From: an uncultured Gammaproteobacteria bacterium
GTDB lineage: Bacteria; Patescibacteriota; Microgenomatia; CAZETR01; Amesbacteraceae
NCBI GenBank assembly: GCA_964502885.1
Contig: CAZCXU010000001.1
Span: forward strand, 93,352-157,351
Length of the DNA stretch: 64,000 bases
Direction: 5' to 3'
The notes beneath the pieces were generated by a model. The model saw only the letters and a program-made list of their open reading frames with translations. It ran no database searches and had not been told where the DNA came from. A program made the translations under genes and the position numbers. Shown piece after piece: positions 1 through 8,972 of the stretch. Each line of letters begins with the position of its first letter. The stretch's first letter is position 1.

Positions 1-636
1 GCTGATGCTATCAACGGGACATTAGTTGCCCCTGGAGAAATTTTTTCGTTTAACAAAACGGTTGGGGAAATTTCAGGTGATACCGGGTATAAACAGGCAT
101 ACATAATTAAGGAGGGAAAAACAATTTTAGGAGACGGAGGTGGAGTATGCCAGGTATCGAGCACTTTATTTCGAGCCGCCTTGAATACCGGACTTCCAAT
201 TGAAGAGCGCACCGCACACGCCTACAGGGTTCACTATTATGAGGAGAAATACCAGCCTGGATTTGATGCAACGGTATTTCAGCCTGCTCCGGATTTCAAA
301 TTTAGAAACGATACGTCGAGACACATTCTTATCCAGACAGTGTTTGATGAAAAAGCAAAATATCTGGCTATTGAAATTTATGGGACAAGCGACGGAAGAA
401 AAGCTGAGGTGTCAAAATCGCGAATTTGGGAAGTTACCCCTCCGCCACCTGACCTATACCAGGACGACCCCACCCTGCCACTAGGAAAGATTGTACAAGT
501 CGAGCATTCGGCATGGGGAGCAAAAGTAGCCTTTGATTGGAAAGTGACCCGCGGAGATGAAGTACTACAACAACGTACGTTTTACTCAAATTACAAAAAT
601 TGGCAGGCTGTGTATCTTCGGGGAACAAAAATATAA
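1..636 (+). CDS. VanW family protein, C-terminal portion (5' end lies outside the window)
   Basis: Frame 1 is open from base 1, and track ORF 181..636 is its tail. The translation ADAINGTLVAPGEIFSFNKTVGEISGDTGYKQAYIIKEGKTILGDGGGVCQVSSTLFRAALNTGLPIEERTAHAYRVHYY carries the VanW core signature (GGGVCQ.S.T.F.A ... ER..H). Confidence 0.8.
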   Translation, partial: ADAINGTLVAPGEIFSFNKTVGEISGDTGYKQAYIIKEGKTILGDGGGVCQVSSTLFRAALNTGLPIEERTAHAYRVHYYEEKYQPGFDATVFQPAPDFKFRNDTSRHILIQTVFDEKAKYLAIEIYGTSDGRKAEVSKSRIWEVTPPPPDLYQDDPTLPLGKIVQVEHSAWGAKVAFDWKVTRGDEVLQQRTFYSNYKNWQAVYLRGTKI

Positions 637-641
637 GATCC

Positions 642-1415
642 TTACGGTTGAAAAACTGATTCGGGAAGAATCGTTACATGCTTGACTTCAGGAAACTGCA
701 AGGCGGATTGTTCTAGACGAGTGCGGTGACTCATCTGAAGACAGGAGCCTCCAGAAGTTAAGCCGGGAATTTCTGAAATGACCAGTACCAATTCACCGTT
801 ACGCAAACTGAGCTCTTTGATGGTAAGGCGGGGATCGATTTCGGATAACTGGCGAGAAAGAGTTTCTCTGATCGGAGTTTTTGACAAACCAAGTTGAACA
901 GGACGAGGAGTTACGACATTGCACAGCTCATCTGAGACGTTTTCCTGACGATCAAAAAGATAAGCAGTACCTACCGCTCGCGCGGAAAACTCTACCGGCA
1001 GCTCGTACGATTTCATATTTTCGGCAAGACCACTGGGGTTATCGTTTTGAAACACTAAGAAACCAGACCCGCTAGAGACAGGTAGACCGTAGGATTGAGT
1101 AAACAGAAGCAACTCGTCTTCGCTGGAGGTTGGGGCAGGCACGGGGATACTTCGCGATAGAAGGATCTCCCTGCCTGAACTGAGAACCTGAACCTGAAAT
1201 TGGCCCTCAAATGTCCAGGATTTGGGGACATAGCCCTTTATCATCAGCACTCCGGTCAGAACAGAGGATGGTTTAGGAAGAAGCAACTGAAAAGCGGGCA
1301 TAGTCTCTGATACTGGCGACATGCGCATTCTGGATTCAGGGAGATTGGTGTAAAACAAAAAAGCGATTATTGTACCAACACCAAGCAAAATACCGATTTT
1401 GAGAAGCGCGCTCAT
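642..1415 (-). CDS. Membrane-anchored protein with Gmad2-like Ig and GerMN-like regions
   Basis: 257-aa ORF with an N-terminal hydrophobic anchor (LLKIGILLGVGTIIAFLFY). The middle segment MIKGYVPKSWTFEGQFQVQVLSSGREILL resembles Gmad2 Ig-like domains. The C-terminal segment (SGGSCLQMSHRTRLEQSALQFPEVKHVTILPESVFQP) resembles GerMN domains. The function call is by eye only. Confidence 0.55.
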   Translation of the reverse strand: MSALLKIGILLGVGTIIAFLFYTNLPESRMRMSPVSETMPAFQLLLPKPSSVLTGVLMIKGYVPKSWTFEGQFQVQVLSSGREILLSRSIPVPAPTSSEDELLLFTQSYGLPVSSGSGFLVFQNDNPSGLAENMKSYELPVEFSARAVGTAYLFDRQENVSDELCNVVTPRPVQLGLSKTPIRETLSRQLSEIDPRLTIKELSLRNGELVLVISEIPGLTSGGSCLQMSHRTRLEQSALQFPEVKHVTILPESVFQP

Positions 1416-1429
1416 CGGCTAAAGTATAA

Positions 1430-2485
1430 TTGGCGGGAATGAAACTAGTCAAAGAGACCCAACAGATTATTCCAGAGGCTGTCTCGGTTCTAAATAAAGG
1501 AGGATTGGTAATCTTCCCATGCGAGACGGTGTATGGTGTGGCGGCTGATGCCAGCAACGAGGCGGCAGTGAGAAGACTTAATGCGTACAAACAACGCCCA
1601 ACAGGAAAACCATATGCGATTATGGTTTCGGATATGGCCATGGCGCAACAATATGTAGAAATTAACCAGACTGCCAGAAACTTATATAAAAAGTTTTTAC
1701 CTGGACCGTTAACAATAGTGTCAAAAGGAAAACACAAAGTTGCCTCCGGAGTTGAGTCAGAAAACGGATCCTTGGGAGTGAGAATTCCAGATTACGATTT
1801 TTTACTAAGATTGATTACTTCATTTGGCAAGCCGATAGTCGCAACATCTGCAAACGCCAGTTACAAGAAACGACCTTATAAGCTGGATGATGTTTTTGAA
1901 AATATTTCCCAGGACCAAAAACAACTGATTGATTTGGCTATCGATGCAGGGGAGTTGCCACACAATGAACCGTCTACCGTAGTGGATACGACTTTGGACG
2001 ATGCAACAATACTTCGACAAGGAGAGATCAGATTTTCAGAGGAAAACAGAGTAATAAGCCGAAGCGAAGAGAACACCCAGAATATTGGCAAGGAATTGTG
2101 GCAGAAGTACGAACACTTTTTGCATCAGCGAGCAATCGTATTTGCCCTTTCAGGAGAAATGGGGGCGGGAAAAACGCAACTCACAAAAGGGATAGCCAAA
2201 GCGATGGGAATTACTGACACAGTTGTCTCCCCCACTTTTAGTCTGGAAATCGAATATGACAACTTGGTTCACATAGATGCCTGGAGAATTGAGAACGAGA
2301 AAGAAGTTGAACAAATGGGTTATGTAAAGCGAATTTCGGAAAAGAGCGTCATAGTGATCGAGTGGGCCGAAAAAATCGGAAACTTAATTCGCAGATATGA
2401 TGATGATGCGATTGTGGTTTGGATAAAGATCAAATATGGATTCAGCGAGAATGAACGAATTATCTCCTGGGGGGTTGAGGCTTAA
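1430..2485 (+). CDS. Fusion protein: threonylcarbamoyl-AMP synthase (TsaC/YrdC domain) + t6A ATPase TsaE
   Basis: The N-terminal half has the YrdC/Sua5 motifs LNKGGLVIFPCETVYGVAADASNEAAVRRLNAYKQRPTGKPYAIMV ... ATSANASYKK ... PSTVVD. The C-terminal roughly 130 aa has the TsaE signature SGEMGAGKTQLTKGIAKAMGI..VVSPTFSLEIEY..VHIDAWRI. It lies directly upstream of tsaD. Confidence 0.8.
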   Translation: MAGMKLVKETQQIIPEAVSVLNKGGLVIFPCETVYGVAADASNEAAVRRLNAYKQRPTGKPYAIMVSDMAMAQQYVEINQTARNLYKKFLPGPLTIVSKGKHKVASGVESENGSLGVRIPDYDFLLRLITSFGKPIVATSANASYKKRPYKLDDVFENISQDQKQLIDLAIDAGELPHNEPSTVVDTTLDDATILRQGEIRFSEENRVISRSEENTQNIGKELWQKYEHFLHQRAIVFALSGEMGAGKTQLTKGIAKAMGITDTVVSPTFSLEIEYDNLVHIDAWRIENEKEVEQMGYVKRISEKSVIVIEWAEKIGNLIRRYDDDAIVVWIKIKYGFSENERIISWGVEA

Positions 2486-2486
2486 G

Positions 2487-3539
2487 ATGAAAACGGCTGA
2501 ACTAATATTGGCTATTGATACATCGTGTGATGAAACAGCTGTATCTGTAACATGTGGCACAAATGTACTTGCAAACATAGTCTGGTCTCAGGCGCAGCAA
2601 CACGCGGAATTTGGCGGAGTGATGCCATCGCTGGCGAAACGGATGCACGCAGAGCGCATCACTGAAGTAACACAAAAAGCTCTGGGCCGGGCAGGTATAG
2701 ACAAAAGAGAAATTGACTGTGTGGCGGTCACTACTGGGCCGGGCCTGGCCATTGCGCTGGAGGTAGGAATTCTGGCCGCAAAAACCATTTCTAATGAACT
2801 CGGAATACCCTTACTGGCGATAAATCACATAGAAGGACATCTATTGAGCAACCTGGCTGTGCCACGCAATAAACCCGCAACCTCTTTTGAATTTCCAGCA
2901 TTAGGACTGGTCATTTCCGGGGGACACACAGAATTAGTACATATTAGGAAATTTGGGCAATATCAAATTCTTGCCCAAACGCAAGATGACGCACTAGGAG
3001 AGGCGCTCGACAAAGCAGCCCGAATGTTGGGATTGGGATATCCGGGTGGAGCTGTTTTGGAAAAGATGGCAAAGTTTGGAGATCCAAAGGCTTATTCCCT
3101 GCCATTACCTATGGCGAGGCAGAGAAATTTTGAGGCGTTTAGTTATTCCGGACTAAAAACAGCTTTTTTCAGGTTAACCAATGAAATCGGAACTAAGAGC
3201 TCAACGAGACAACAAACATACAACCTGGCGGCTACTTTTCAAAATCGCGCCTTTCAGCACCTTGAAAAAGTTTGTAGCGCTCAAATAGAAAGACTTGGCA
3301 ATGAAAAGCCAAAATACTTGTGGGTCGGTGGAGGGGTGGCAGCAAATGCTTTACTGCGCAAAAGACTTAGAAGAATGGCAGAAGACTTTGGACTAAAGAC
3401 CAGATTCCCCTATTCAAAAAAACTGATCGGCGATAATGCGGCAATGATAGGTGTTGCCGCTTATTTACGCCGCACTGCTGGCATTGATGACAATATTATC
3501 CAACCAGACAGACGACCGAGATGGACGATTGGAAGCTAA
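2487..3539 (+). CDS. tsaD: tRNA N6-adenosine threonylcarbamoyltransferase TsaD
   Basis: Starts MKTAELILAIDTSCDETAVSV and contains HIEGHL, SGGHTEL and GYPGG, the classic Kae1/TsaD motifs. I chose the ATG at 2487, 2 nt after the upstream stop, rather than the track start at 2436. Confidence 0.92.
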   Translation: MKTAELILAIDTSCDETAVSVTCGTNVLANIVWSQAQQHAEFGGVMPSLAKRMHAERITEVTQKALGRAGIDKREIDCVAVTTGPGLAIALEVGILAAKTISNELGIPLLAINHIEGHLLSNLAVPRNKPATSFEFPALGLVISGGHTELVHIRKFGQYQILAQTQDDALGEALDKAARMLGLGYPGGAVLEKMAKFGDPKAYSLPLPMARQRNFEAFSYSGLKTAFFRLTNEIGTKSSTRQQTYNLAATFQNRAFQHLEKVCSAQIERLGNEKPKYLWVGGGVAANALLRKRLRRMAEDFGLKTRFPYSKKLIGDNAAMIGVAAYLRRTAGIDDNIIQPDRRPRWTIGS

Positions 3540-3550
3540 GGCTCTATAAT
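3522..3550 (+). promoter_or_regulatory. Candidate sigma70-type promoter for the valS leader
   Basis: A perfect -10 TATAAT lies at 3545..3550. A 17-nt spacer precedes it, with a -35-like TGGACG at 3522..3527. The predicted start is near 3557. Confidence 0.4.
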
Positions 3551-3556
3551 GATGGC

Positions 3557-3707
3557 AGTATTGACAATTGAGCGGACCAGTCACCCGCGAGTCACGCCGA
3601 AGAACAGGGTCAACAATGTCTCTAAGTAGAACGGCACAACGAGAAGTAAATAAGGTGGTACCACGAGATCCCGCTCGTCCTTATAATGTTGAGGAAGCGG
3701 GTTTTTT
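3557..3707 (+). promoter_or_regulatory. T-box riboswitch leader (transcription attenuation type) controlling valS
   Basis: The T-box core AAATAAGGTGGTACCACGAG at 3648..3667 matches 12/14 positions of the AGGGUGGNACCGCG consensus, and its UGGU bulge is complementary to an ACCA acceptor end. It is followed by a terminator hairpin, CCCGCT..(loop)..AGCGGG plus TTTTTT, at 3670..3707. The alternative pairing ACGAG (3663-3667) with CTCGT (3674-3678) would form the antiterminator. GUC (Val) triplets occur in the putative Stem I (3561..3613, TTGAC...GTCAA). It sits directly upstream of a valyl-tRNA synthetase gene. Confidence 0.7.
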
Positions 3708-3714
3708 GTGAAAT

Positions 3715-5961
3715 ATGGACAAAGCATACGACCACAAAAAATATGAGGACCAAATCTATGAGATGTGGGAGACTAGTGGGGCATTTAAACCTGCAGCAAC
3801 CGGAACTCCATATACAGTTCTAATGCCCCCACCAAACGCAAATGCATCCCTGCACGCCGGCCATGCGATGTATACCATTGATGACATTGTTACCAGGTGG
3901 AAAAGAATGCAGGGCTACTCGACGGTGTGGATTCCAGGAATGGATCATGCAGGGTTTGAGACGCAGTTTGTTTATGAAAAGAACCTGGCTAAAGAAGGTA
4001 AATCGAGATTGAATTTTGACCGGAAAACCCTATATAACAACATCTTCCAGTTTGTAAAAAACAATTCGGGTTTGATATACAAACAGTTTCGGAAACTAGG
4101 GTTATCCGCTGATTGGGACCGCAGCGTATTTACTCTAGACAGACGTGTAGTCGAACGGGTTTATGAAACTTTTAGACGGATGGAAAGAGAGGGTAAGGTT
4201 TACAGGGACAACTACATGGTGAACTATTGCACACACTGCGGAACTTCCCTGTCTGAACTCGAAGTTGATCACGAGGAAAGAGTGGATCCGCTGTACTACT
4301 TAAGGTACGGCCCTTTTGTGTTGGCCACAGTAAGGCCGGAAACAAAGTTTGGAGATACAGCTGTGGCGGTTCATCCGGGCGACAACAGGTATACAAGTCT
4401 GGTAGGTAAGGAGATTGAAGTGGATGGGTTGATTGGAAAATTCAAGGTGAAAGTGATTGCAGATGAAGCTGTTGATCGGGAGTTTGGAACAGGAGCAGTA
4501 AAAGTAACCCCAGCACATGACCCGACTGATTTTGAGATGGGGAAACGTCACAATCTGGAAATAAAACAGGTAATTGGTCTTGATGGGCGATTAAACGAAA
4601 AGTCTGGTAAATATGCGGGTTTGAAAGTAGCTGAGGCGAGAAAGGCTGTTGTTGCGGATTTGCAGAGTGCTGGCTTACTGGAAAAAGTTGATGAGAATTA
4701 CAAACACGCGGTATCCATTTGCTACAAGTGTAAAAGAACGCTCGAACCCACAATCATCCCTAACTGGTTTGTACGCATAAACGATTTGAAAAAACCAGTT
4801 ATTGAAGCAGTAAATCGTGATGAGGTGAGGTTTTTTCCTAAGAAATTTAAGAGATTAATGTTGGACTGGTTAAAGAGAATGCACGACTGGCCCATCAGCC
4901 GGCAAATTGTCTGGGGAATTCGGATTCCGGTGTGGTATGAGTTGGATTTTCAAAAAGAAAATATTTGGGCGGGATGGCTGGATAAAGAGGGAAAGTTTCA
5001 ACAATCATCTGTTAGTCATGCTCTGAAACAGGGCACTCCCCTATCGGAAATTGTGGACGGGCTGCAATGGATCAGAACCAGCACAGGAGAGTCGGCCCCC
5101 AGATATGTGGTTTCAGAGGAGAAACCCGCGGACGGAAAAATATATTTGCCGGAGACAGACACCTTTGACACCTGGTTTTCCTCCAGCCAATGGCCACTAG
5201 TAACCCTGGATGAACATGAGTTTGCCACAAGATTCCCTTCCGATTTCATGGGCACATTGGAGGATATACTCCCCTTTTGGATTTCACGAATGATTTTGTT
5301 TGGAGAATATGTGAAACAAGGTGTTCCATTTAAACAGGTGTACTTGTGGTCAAAAGTGACTGATAGCAAGGGGCAAAAAATGAGCAAAAGCAAAGGAAAT
5401 GTGGTCAATCCGGTTGATTTTATTGATAAATACGGAGCTGATGCGGTAAGAATGGCTCTTGTTTTTGGTGTCGCTCCAGGGAGCTCAATCCCCTTTTCCG
5501 AAGGCAAAATTAGGGGCATGCGTAATTTTGCTAATAAACTTTGGAATGTGGCACGGTTTGTCTTTACGACTATTCAGGATACTGCTCAAGGAGAAGCAAT
5601 TTCCAACGAAGTACAAGAATCTTTGAATAGCCGTCTGGAGACAATTAGACAAAAGTCGGAGCTGGTTCAAAAAAAGGTCTCATTAAGTTTAGAGCACCTA
5701 CGTTTCAATGATGCTGCAGAATATATCTATGAATACGCCTGGCACGAATTCGCTGACAAAGATTTGGAATTTATAAAGACAAGAATTAATTCTGGAGCAC
5801 GAGTAAATGGCAGGTCAAAAAAGGATCTTACGGCTGCATTAATCAATATTCTGACAAGTGTTCACCCGTTAATGCCGTTTGTTTCAGAGGCAATCTGGCA
5901 GGAGGGTATCAGACAAAATCTATCAGGATTTACAGGAATGCTAATAAGAAAAGTCTGGTAG
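3715..5961 (+). CDS. valS: Valine--tRNA ligase (short form, 748 aa)
   Basis: Contains the HIGH-type motif PPPNANASLHAGHAM, the KMSKS motif (KMSKSKGN), and the class Ia editing and anticodon-binding regions (TWFSSSQWP, ISRQIVWG). There is no long C-terminal coiled coil. Confidence 0.95.
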   Translation: MDKAYDHKKYEDQIYEMWETSGAFKPAATGTPYTVLMPPPNANASLHAGHAMYTIDDIVTRWKRMQGYSTVWIPGMDHAGFETQFVYEKNLAKEGKSRLNFDRKTLYNNIFQFVKNNSGLIYKQFRKLGLSADWDRSVFTLDRRVVERVYETFRRMEREGKVYRDNYMVNYCTHCGTSLSELEVDHEERVDPLYYLRYGPFVLATVRPETKFGDTAVAVHPGDNRYTSLVGKEIEVDGLIGKFKVKVIADEAVDREFGTGAVKVTPAHDPTDFEMGKRHNLEIKQVIGLDGRLNEKSGKYAGLKVAEARKAVVADLQSAGLLEKVDENYKHAVSICYKCKRTLEPTIIPNWFVRINDLKKPVIEAVNRDEVRFFPKKFKRLMLDWLKRMHDWPISRQIVWGIRIPVWYELDFQKENIWAGWLDKEGKFQQSSVSHALKQGTPLSEIVDGLQWIRTSTGESAPRYVVSEEKPADGKIYLPETDTFDTWFSSSQWPLVTLDEHEFATRFPSDFMGTLEDILPFWISRMILFGEYVKQGVPFKQVYLWSKVTDSKGQKMSKSKGNVVNPVDFIDKYGADAVRMALVFGVAPGSSIPFSEGKIRGMRNFANKLWNVARFVFTTIQDTAQGEAISNEVQESLNSRLETIRQKSELVQKKVSLSLEHLRFNDAAEYIYEYAWHEFADKDLEFIKTRINSGARVNGRSKKDLTAALINILTSVHPLMPFVSEAIWQEGIRQNLSGFTGMLIRKVW

Positions 5962-5988
5962 GGAAGAAGGCTGATTTGGAGAGGATTA

Positions 5989-6666
5989 TTATTCCGGTTT
6001 TTCGGCTTCTTTCGTTTGTTCGGTGTTCTTTTCGGGGGCTCCATCTTCGATGGGGGCAACTTCTCCCTCGGCAGGTGTCACGGACGGAACAATCTCTTCT
6101 TTGGCTAAGGCTTCGATCTGCACTATGGTGTTTTCCGGACTTGTCACAATCTTCAAGCGTGTAGTGTCGAGACTGAGGTCTCCTACAGTAATATGAGAGC
6201 CTACCTCAGCAAGACTGGAAACATCGACTTGAATATTCTCAGGCATATCCGCAGGTAAGGCTTCGATCTCTACTTCATGCAGTTGCTGAACCATAATTCC
6301 CAACTTGTCTTTTTCTGCCAAAGACTCCCCCACGAGGACAATCTGAACAGGGGCAGTAACCTTTTGCTTAAGATCTACCTGATGAAATGCAACATGAAGG
6401 ACATCCGAAGTCACAGGGTCTCGTGACACCTGACTTACAAAAACAGGTCTGGGATCTTTTTCGGAATCAATATGCAAATAAGCCAAACTTGACTCCCCCA
6501 CTTTGGCATAAAAAGCGGCAAACTCCTTAGTGTTTACCTGGATGTCCAAGCTGGTTATTTTGTTCCCAAAAACATTAGCTGGAACTGTACCACCTAAACG
6601 AAGACGTTTTACTTTTCGACCGACAAGTTCCCTTTTTTGGCAATTAAGATAGTGTTTTTCGGCCAT
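5989..6666 (-). CDS. rplY: 50S ribosomal protein L25 / general stress protein Ctc
   Basis: The N-terminus is L25-like (ELVGRKVKRLRLGGTVPANVFG ... PRPVFVSQVSRDPVT..VLHVAFHQV). The C-terminal tail is acidic, as in the long Ctc form. Confidence 0.85.
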   Translation of the reverse strand: MAEKHYLNCQKRELVGRKVKRLRLGGTVPANVFGNKITSLDIQVNTKEFAAFYAKVGESSLAYLHIDSEKDPRPVFVSQVSRDPVTSDVLHVAFHQVDLKQKVTAPVQIVLVGESLAEKDKLGIMVQQLHEVEIEALPADMPENIQVDVSSLAEVGSHITVGDLSLDTTRLKIVTSPENTIVQIEALAKEEIVPSVTPAEGEVAPIEDGAPEKNTEQTKEAEKPE

Positions 6667-6670
6667 ATAC

Positions 6671-8806
6671 TCAGTTATTCAAGATGAAATCAATGCTAAG
6701 CCTTAGTGGCTTTGAGCTCTGCGTATTATAACTGAGCTCGCCTGCTCTAGCAACTACAGGCGGATAATAGGTTGTCGAGTGCCAACTTGGAGGAAAATTT
6801 ATCGTGGAAGTCAAACGAGAAGTTGATCCTGGCTGATTTAGGAAATGAAGGAGGTAAGTAAATCTGGCAGAAACAGAACTTTTTTCCTCAAATTGAAGTT
6901 GGAACTCTGTGATTGCGTCAAGTTTTGGAATCTTAAACCCAAGCAGACTGATTCCTGACTGAAAATCTGGCTGGGAAACACTAATTGGCCAGGCAACTGA
7001 CCCTGTGAATGATTTTTTAATACTAATATTTTTTGATACTAACACCCAGAAGTACTCATCTCCCAATGCCTTGGACAGGCGGAAGTTGAGGGAGTGGGTA
7101 ATCCCCCCACCGGGCAACAGTACAGTTTCCAAATGATAGTTTGGCGCCATTACTTCAGAAGATGTGGATGTAACTGATGGATAAATTACCGAACTAGCAC
7201 AAGGAAGATGAGAGGTGCAAATTGGCATCGCGACTCCCCCACTCCAATTTATGTGTTGTAAAAGTGTGTCGCTGACGGATTGGTAGGAAATCAGGATGTG
7301 CCGGTTTTCTACCTGTCTGAATAAATAAACCAGGTCTGACATAGTGTCGGGTGTTCCAGTATTTAAATTTGTAAGTTTCTGCCAATCCCCCTCAGACAAA
7401 GAGAATACAAGGTCGGGGGACCAATTTTGAGATTTCTCAACAAACCAGGCGGCATACCTGGCTGAGAGATGAAAATCCGGTGAGTAATTATGATTGGAAA
7501 AATTCCAGATGTTTTTTTCGTAGATATCCTGAAATCCAGCTGGGCTTTGAATCAGGCCATCGATAGACTCAGCTATTTGTTGGGGAGTTTTTTCACTTAT
7601 GACTGAAATGCGGCCAGACATGATTTGCAGTAATTTCAACGACTTTACGATTCCCCCATCTGATGACATGCTGGGGTTTTCTTTTATAAGAGCTAAGACA
7701 TTAATCGGCCGAGATCCGTCAATAATTTGTTGATACGAATTTCCAAGATACACCAACTTACCTATATACGAGAGTATCTCTTTTGTAGTTATTTTGACTG
7801 ACTGCAGACTGGAACTGCTTGAATTGAGCGATGAAACTGTCGAAAGTTTTTCCTGAAAATCTGCAAATGCTGTACGAGCATGTAGTAACTGGCTCATAAG
7901 TGTCTGAGAATTGAATGATTGATTAGTAGCAGCTTGATTGACTTCTCTGATTGACAAATAGGATTGGCTTAATAGGTCAGACAGGTTTTGCGCTAGCGAC
8001 AATGGGAGTGGGTAGTTAAACATCATAGAGAAAAACGGGGAAAGGCCTGACGCTTTTATTAAAGGCCATGATGTTTTTTGGGCCACCGCAGACAACTTGA
8101 GAGCAGATCCAAAATCTGTTTTTGCATAATCGCTCAATGCGAAACCCAAAACAACCTGAAGTGACACTGTGTAGACAAGCAATAGCAATACGAAAACAAC
8201 AAACGACCGAATTATTATTTTTGACCAAGAAATAAATATGTTATGTCTGCGAGGTTTTTCATAAAGTCTTTTTACGAGTACCGGTGATGCCTTAGATGGG
8301 GCAGGAAGTTGTGTCAGGTTGTGCAAATTCTTTTTCAACAATAGCAGCAAAGAGTCCGGAAGTGGATTGTCTGCCGGCACCGGCACCACTTCAAACCGCA
8401 ACGGATACCTGCGGGCAAACTGAGCTACAAACTGAATCGCTGTCTGGACCATATGAGTGGTGGTGCTTTCAACTACCAAAATCAATTTGGCGTTTTGAGA
8501 AACAGCTCCAACGAGTAGGTGATGCAAATATGAAGTGCAGTATATTGACTGATTCAATGAGGGAGGACCAAACCCAACAAAATGATAGATGCACGAGAGG
8601 TGCAGGGGTGTCTGATTTGGAGATGTGCTGCCGATTTCACTGTGAACCTGAATTGTCTGAAGACAGGAAAATTGTACTGCAAGGTTTTTTGAAAGTTGAG
8701 TGACCTCACCAGATATGAGGACTGAATAACGGTTTGTAACTTCATTTGCAACTAATAAATTCTTATGCATTTGTTTATTTATAGCGGGCCATGAAGCGAG
8801 GTGCAA
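6671..8806 (-). CDS. DUF4012-like membrane protein
   Basis: 711-aa ORF with a single TM helix (IIIRSFVVFVLLLLVYTVSLQVVLGFAL) after a cytoplasmic N-region, followed by a long helical region. The segment INVLALIKENPSMSSDGGIVKSLKLLQIMSGR parallels the LLQNNYELRPTGGFMGSFAKVEF core of the clear DUF4012 protein at 57846..59279. The true start may lie downstream of 8806. Confidence 0.55.
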   Translation of the reverse strand: MHLASWPAINKQMHKNLLVANEVTNRYSVLISGEVTQLSKNLAVQFSCLQTIQVHSEIGSTSPNQTPLHLSCIYHFVGFGPPSLNQSIYCTSYLHHLLVGAVSQNAKLILVVESTTTHMVQTAIQFVAQFARRYPLRFEVVPVPADNPLPDSLLLLLKKNLHNLTQLPAPSKASPVLVKRLYEKPRRHNIFISWSKIIIRSFVVFVLLLLVYTVSLQVVLGFALSDYAKTDFGSALKLSAVAQKTSWPLIKASGLSPFFSMMFNYPLPLSLAQNLSDLLSQSYLSIREVNQAATNQSFNSQTLMSQLLHARTAFADFQEKLSTVSSLNSSSSSLQSVKITTKEILSYIGKLVYLGNSYQQIIDGSRPINVLALIKENPSMSSDGGIVKSLKLLQIMSGRISVISEKTPQQIAESIDGLIQSPAGFQDIYEKNIWNFSNHNYSPDFHLSARYAAWFVEKSQNWSPDLVFSLSEGDWQKLTNLNTGTPDTMSDLVYLFRQVENRHILISYQSVSDTLLQHINWSGGVAMPICTSHLPCASSVIYPSVTSTSSEVMAPNYHLETVLLPGGGITHSLNFRLSKALGDEYFWVLVSKNISIKKSFTGSVAWPISVSQPDFQSGISLLGFKIPKLDAITEFQLQFEEKSSVSARFTYLLHFLNQPGSTSRLTSTINFPPSWHSTTYYPPVVARAGELSYNTQSSKPLRLSIDFILNN

Positions 8807-8839
8807 CAGATATGCGGGAAAATGCTAGTTAACAATATC

Positions 8840-8915
8840 TGTGTACTTACACATAATTTATACCTGATACTTACAGTATTTCGAGGCTAAACTTTTCTTG
8901 TTAATGTAAGTACAT
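8840..8915. promoter_or_regulatory. Three operator-like palindromes sharing a TACTTAC core
   Basis: The sites are TGTGTACTTACACA (8840..8853), ATACTTACAGTAT (8867..8879) and ATGTAAGTACAT (8904..8915). Each is an inverted repeat. All lie in the intergenic region upstream of the DUF4012-like gene and downstream of rnhA. Confidence 0.25.
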
Positions 8916-8972
8916 CAAAAACATGAAAATTCCCGCAAGTTTAATTCGAACTTACCAAATCATTTTGTCAAT

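Noticed and set aside
6671-8806. Possibility that the first roughly 190 codons of the 711-aa ORF are a separate gene or non-coding, and that antisense ORF 8296..8703 is real
   Set aside because: No in-frame stop separates the parts, and the region upstream of the TM helix fits the cytoplasmic N-region seen in DUF4012 proteins. The antisense 135-aa ORF has no features. Start-codon uncertainty remains and is flagged in the feature.
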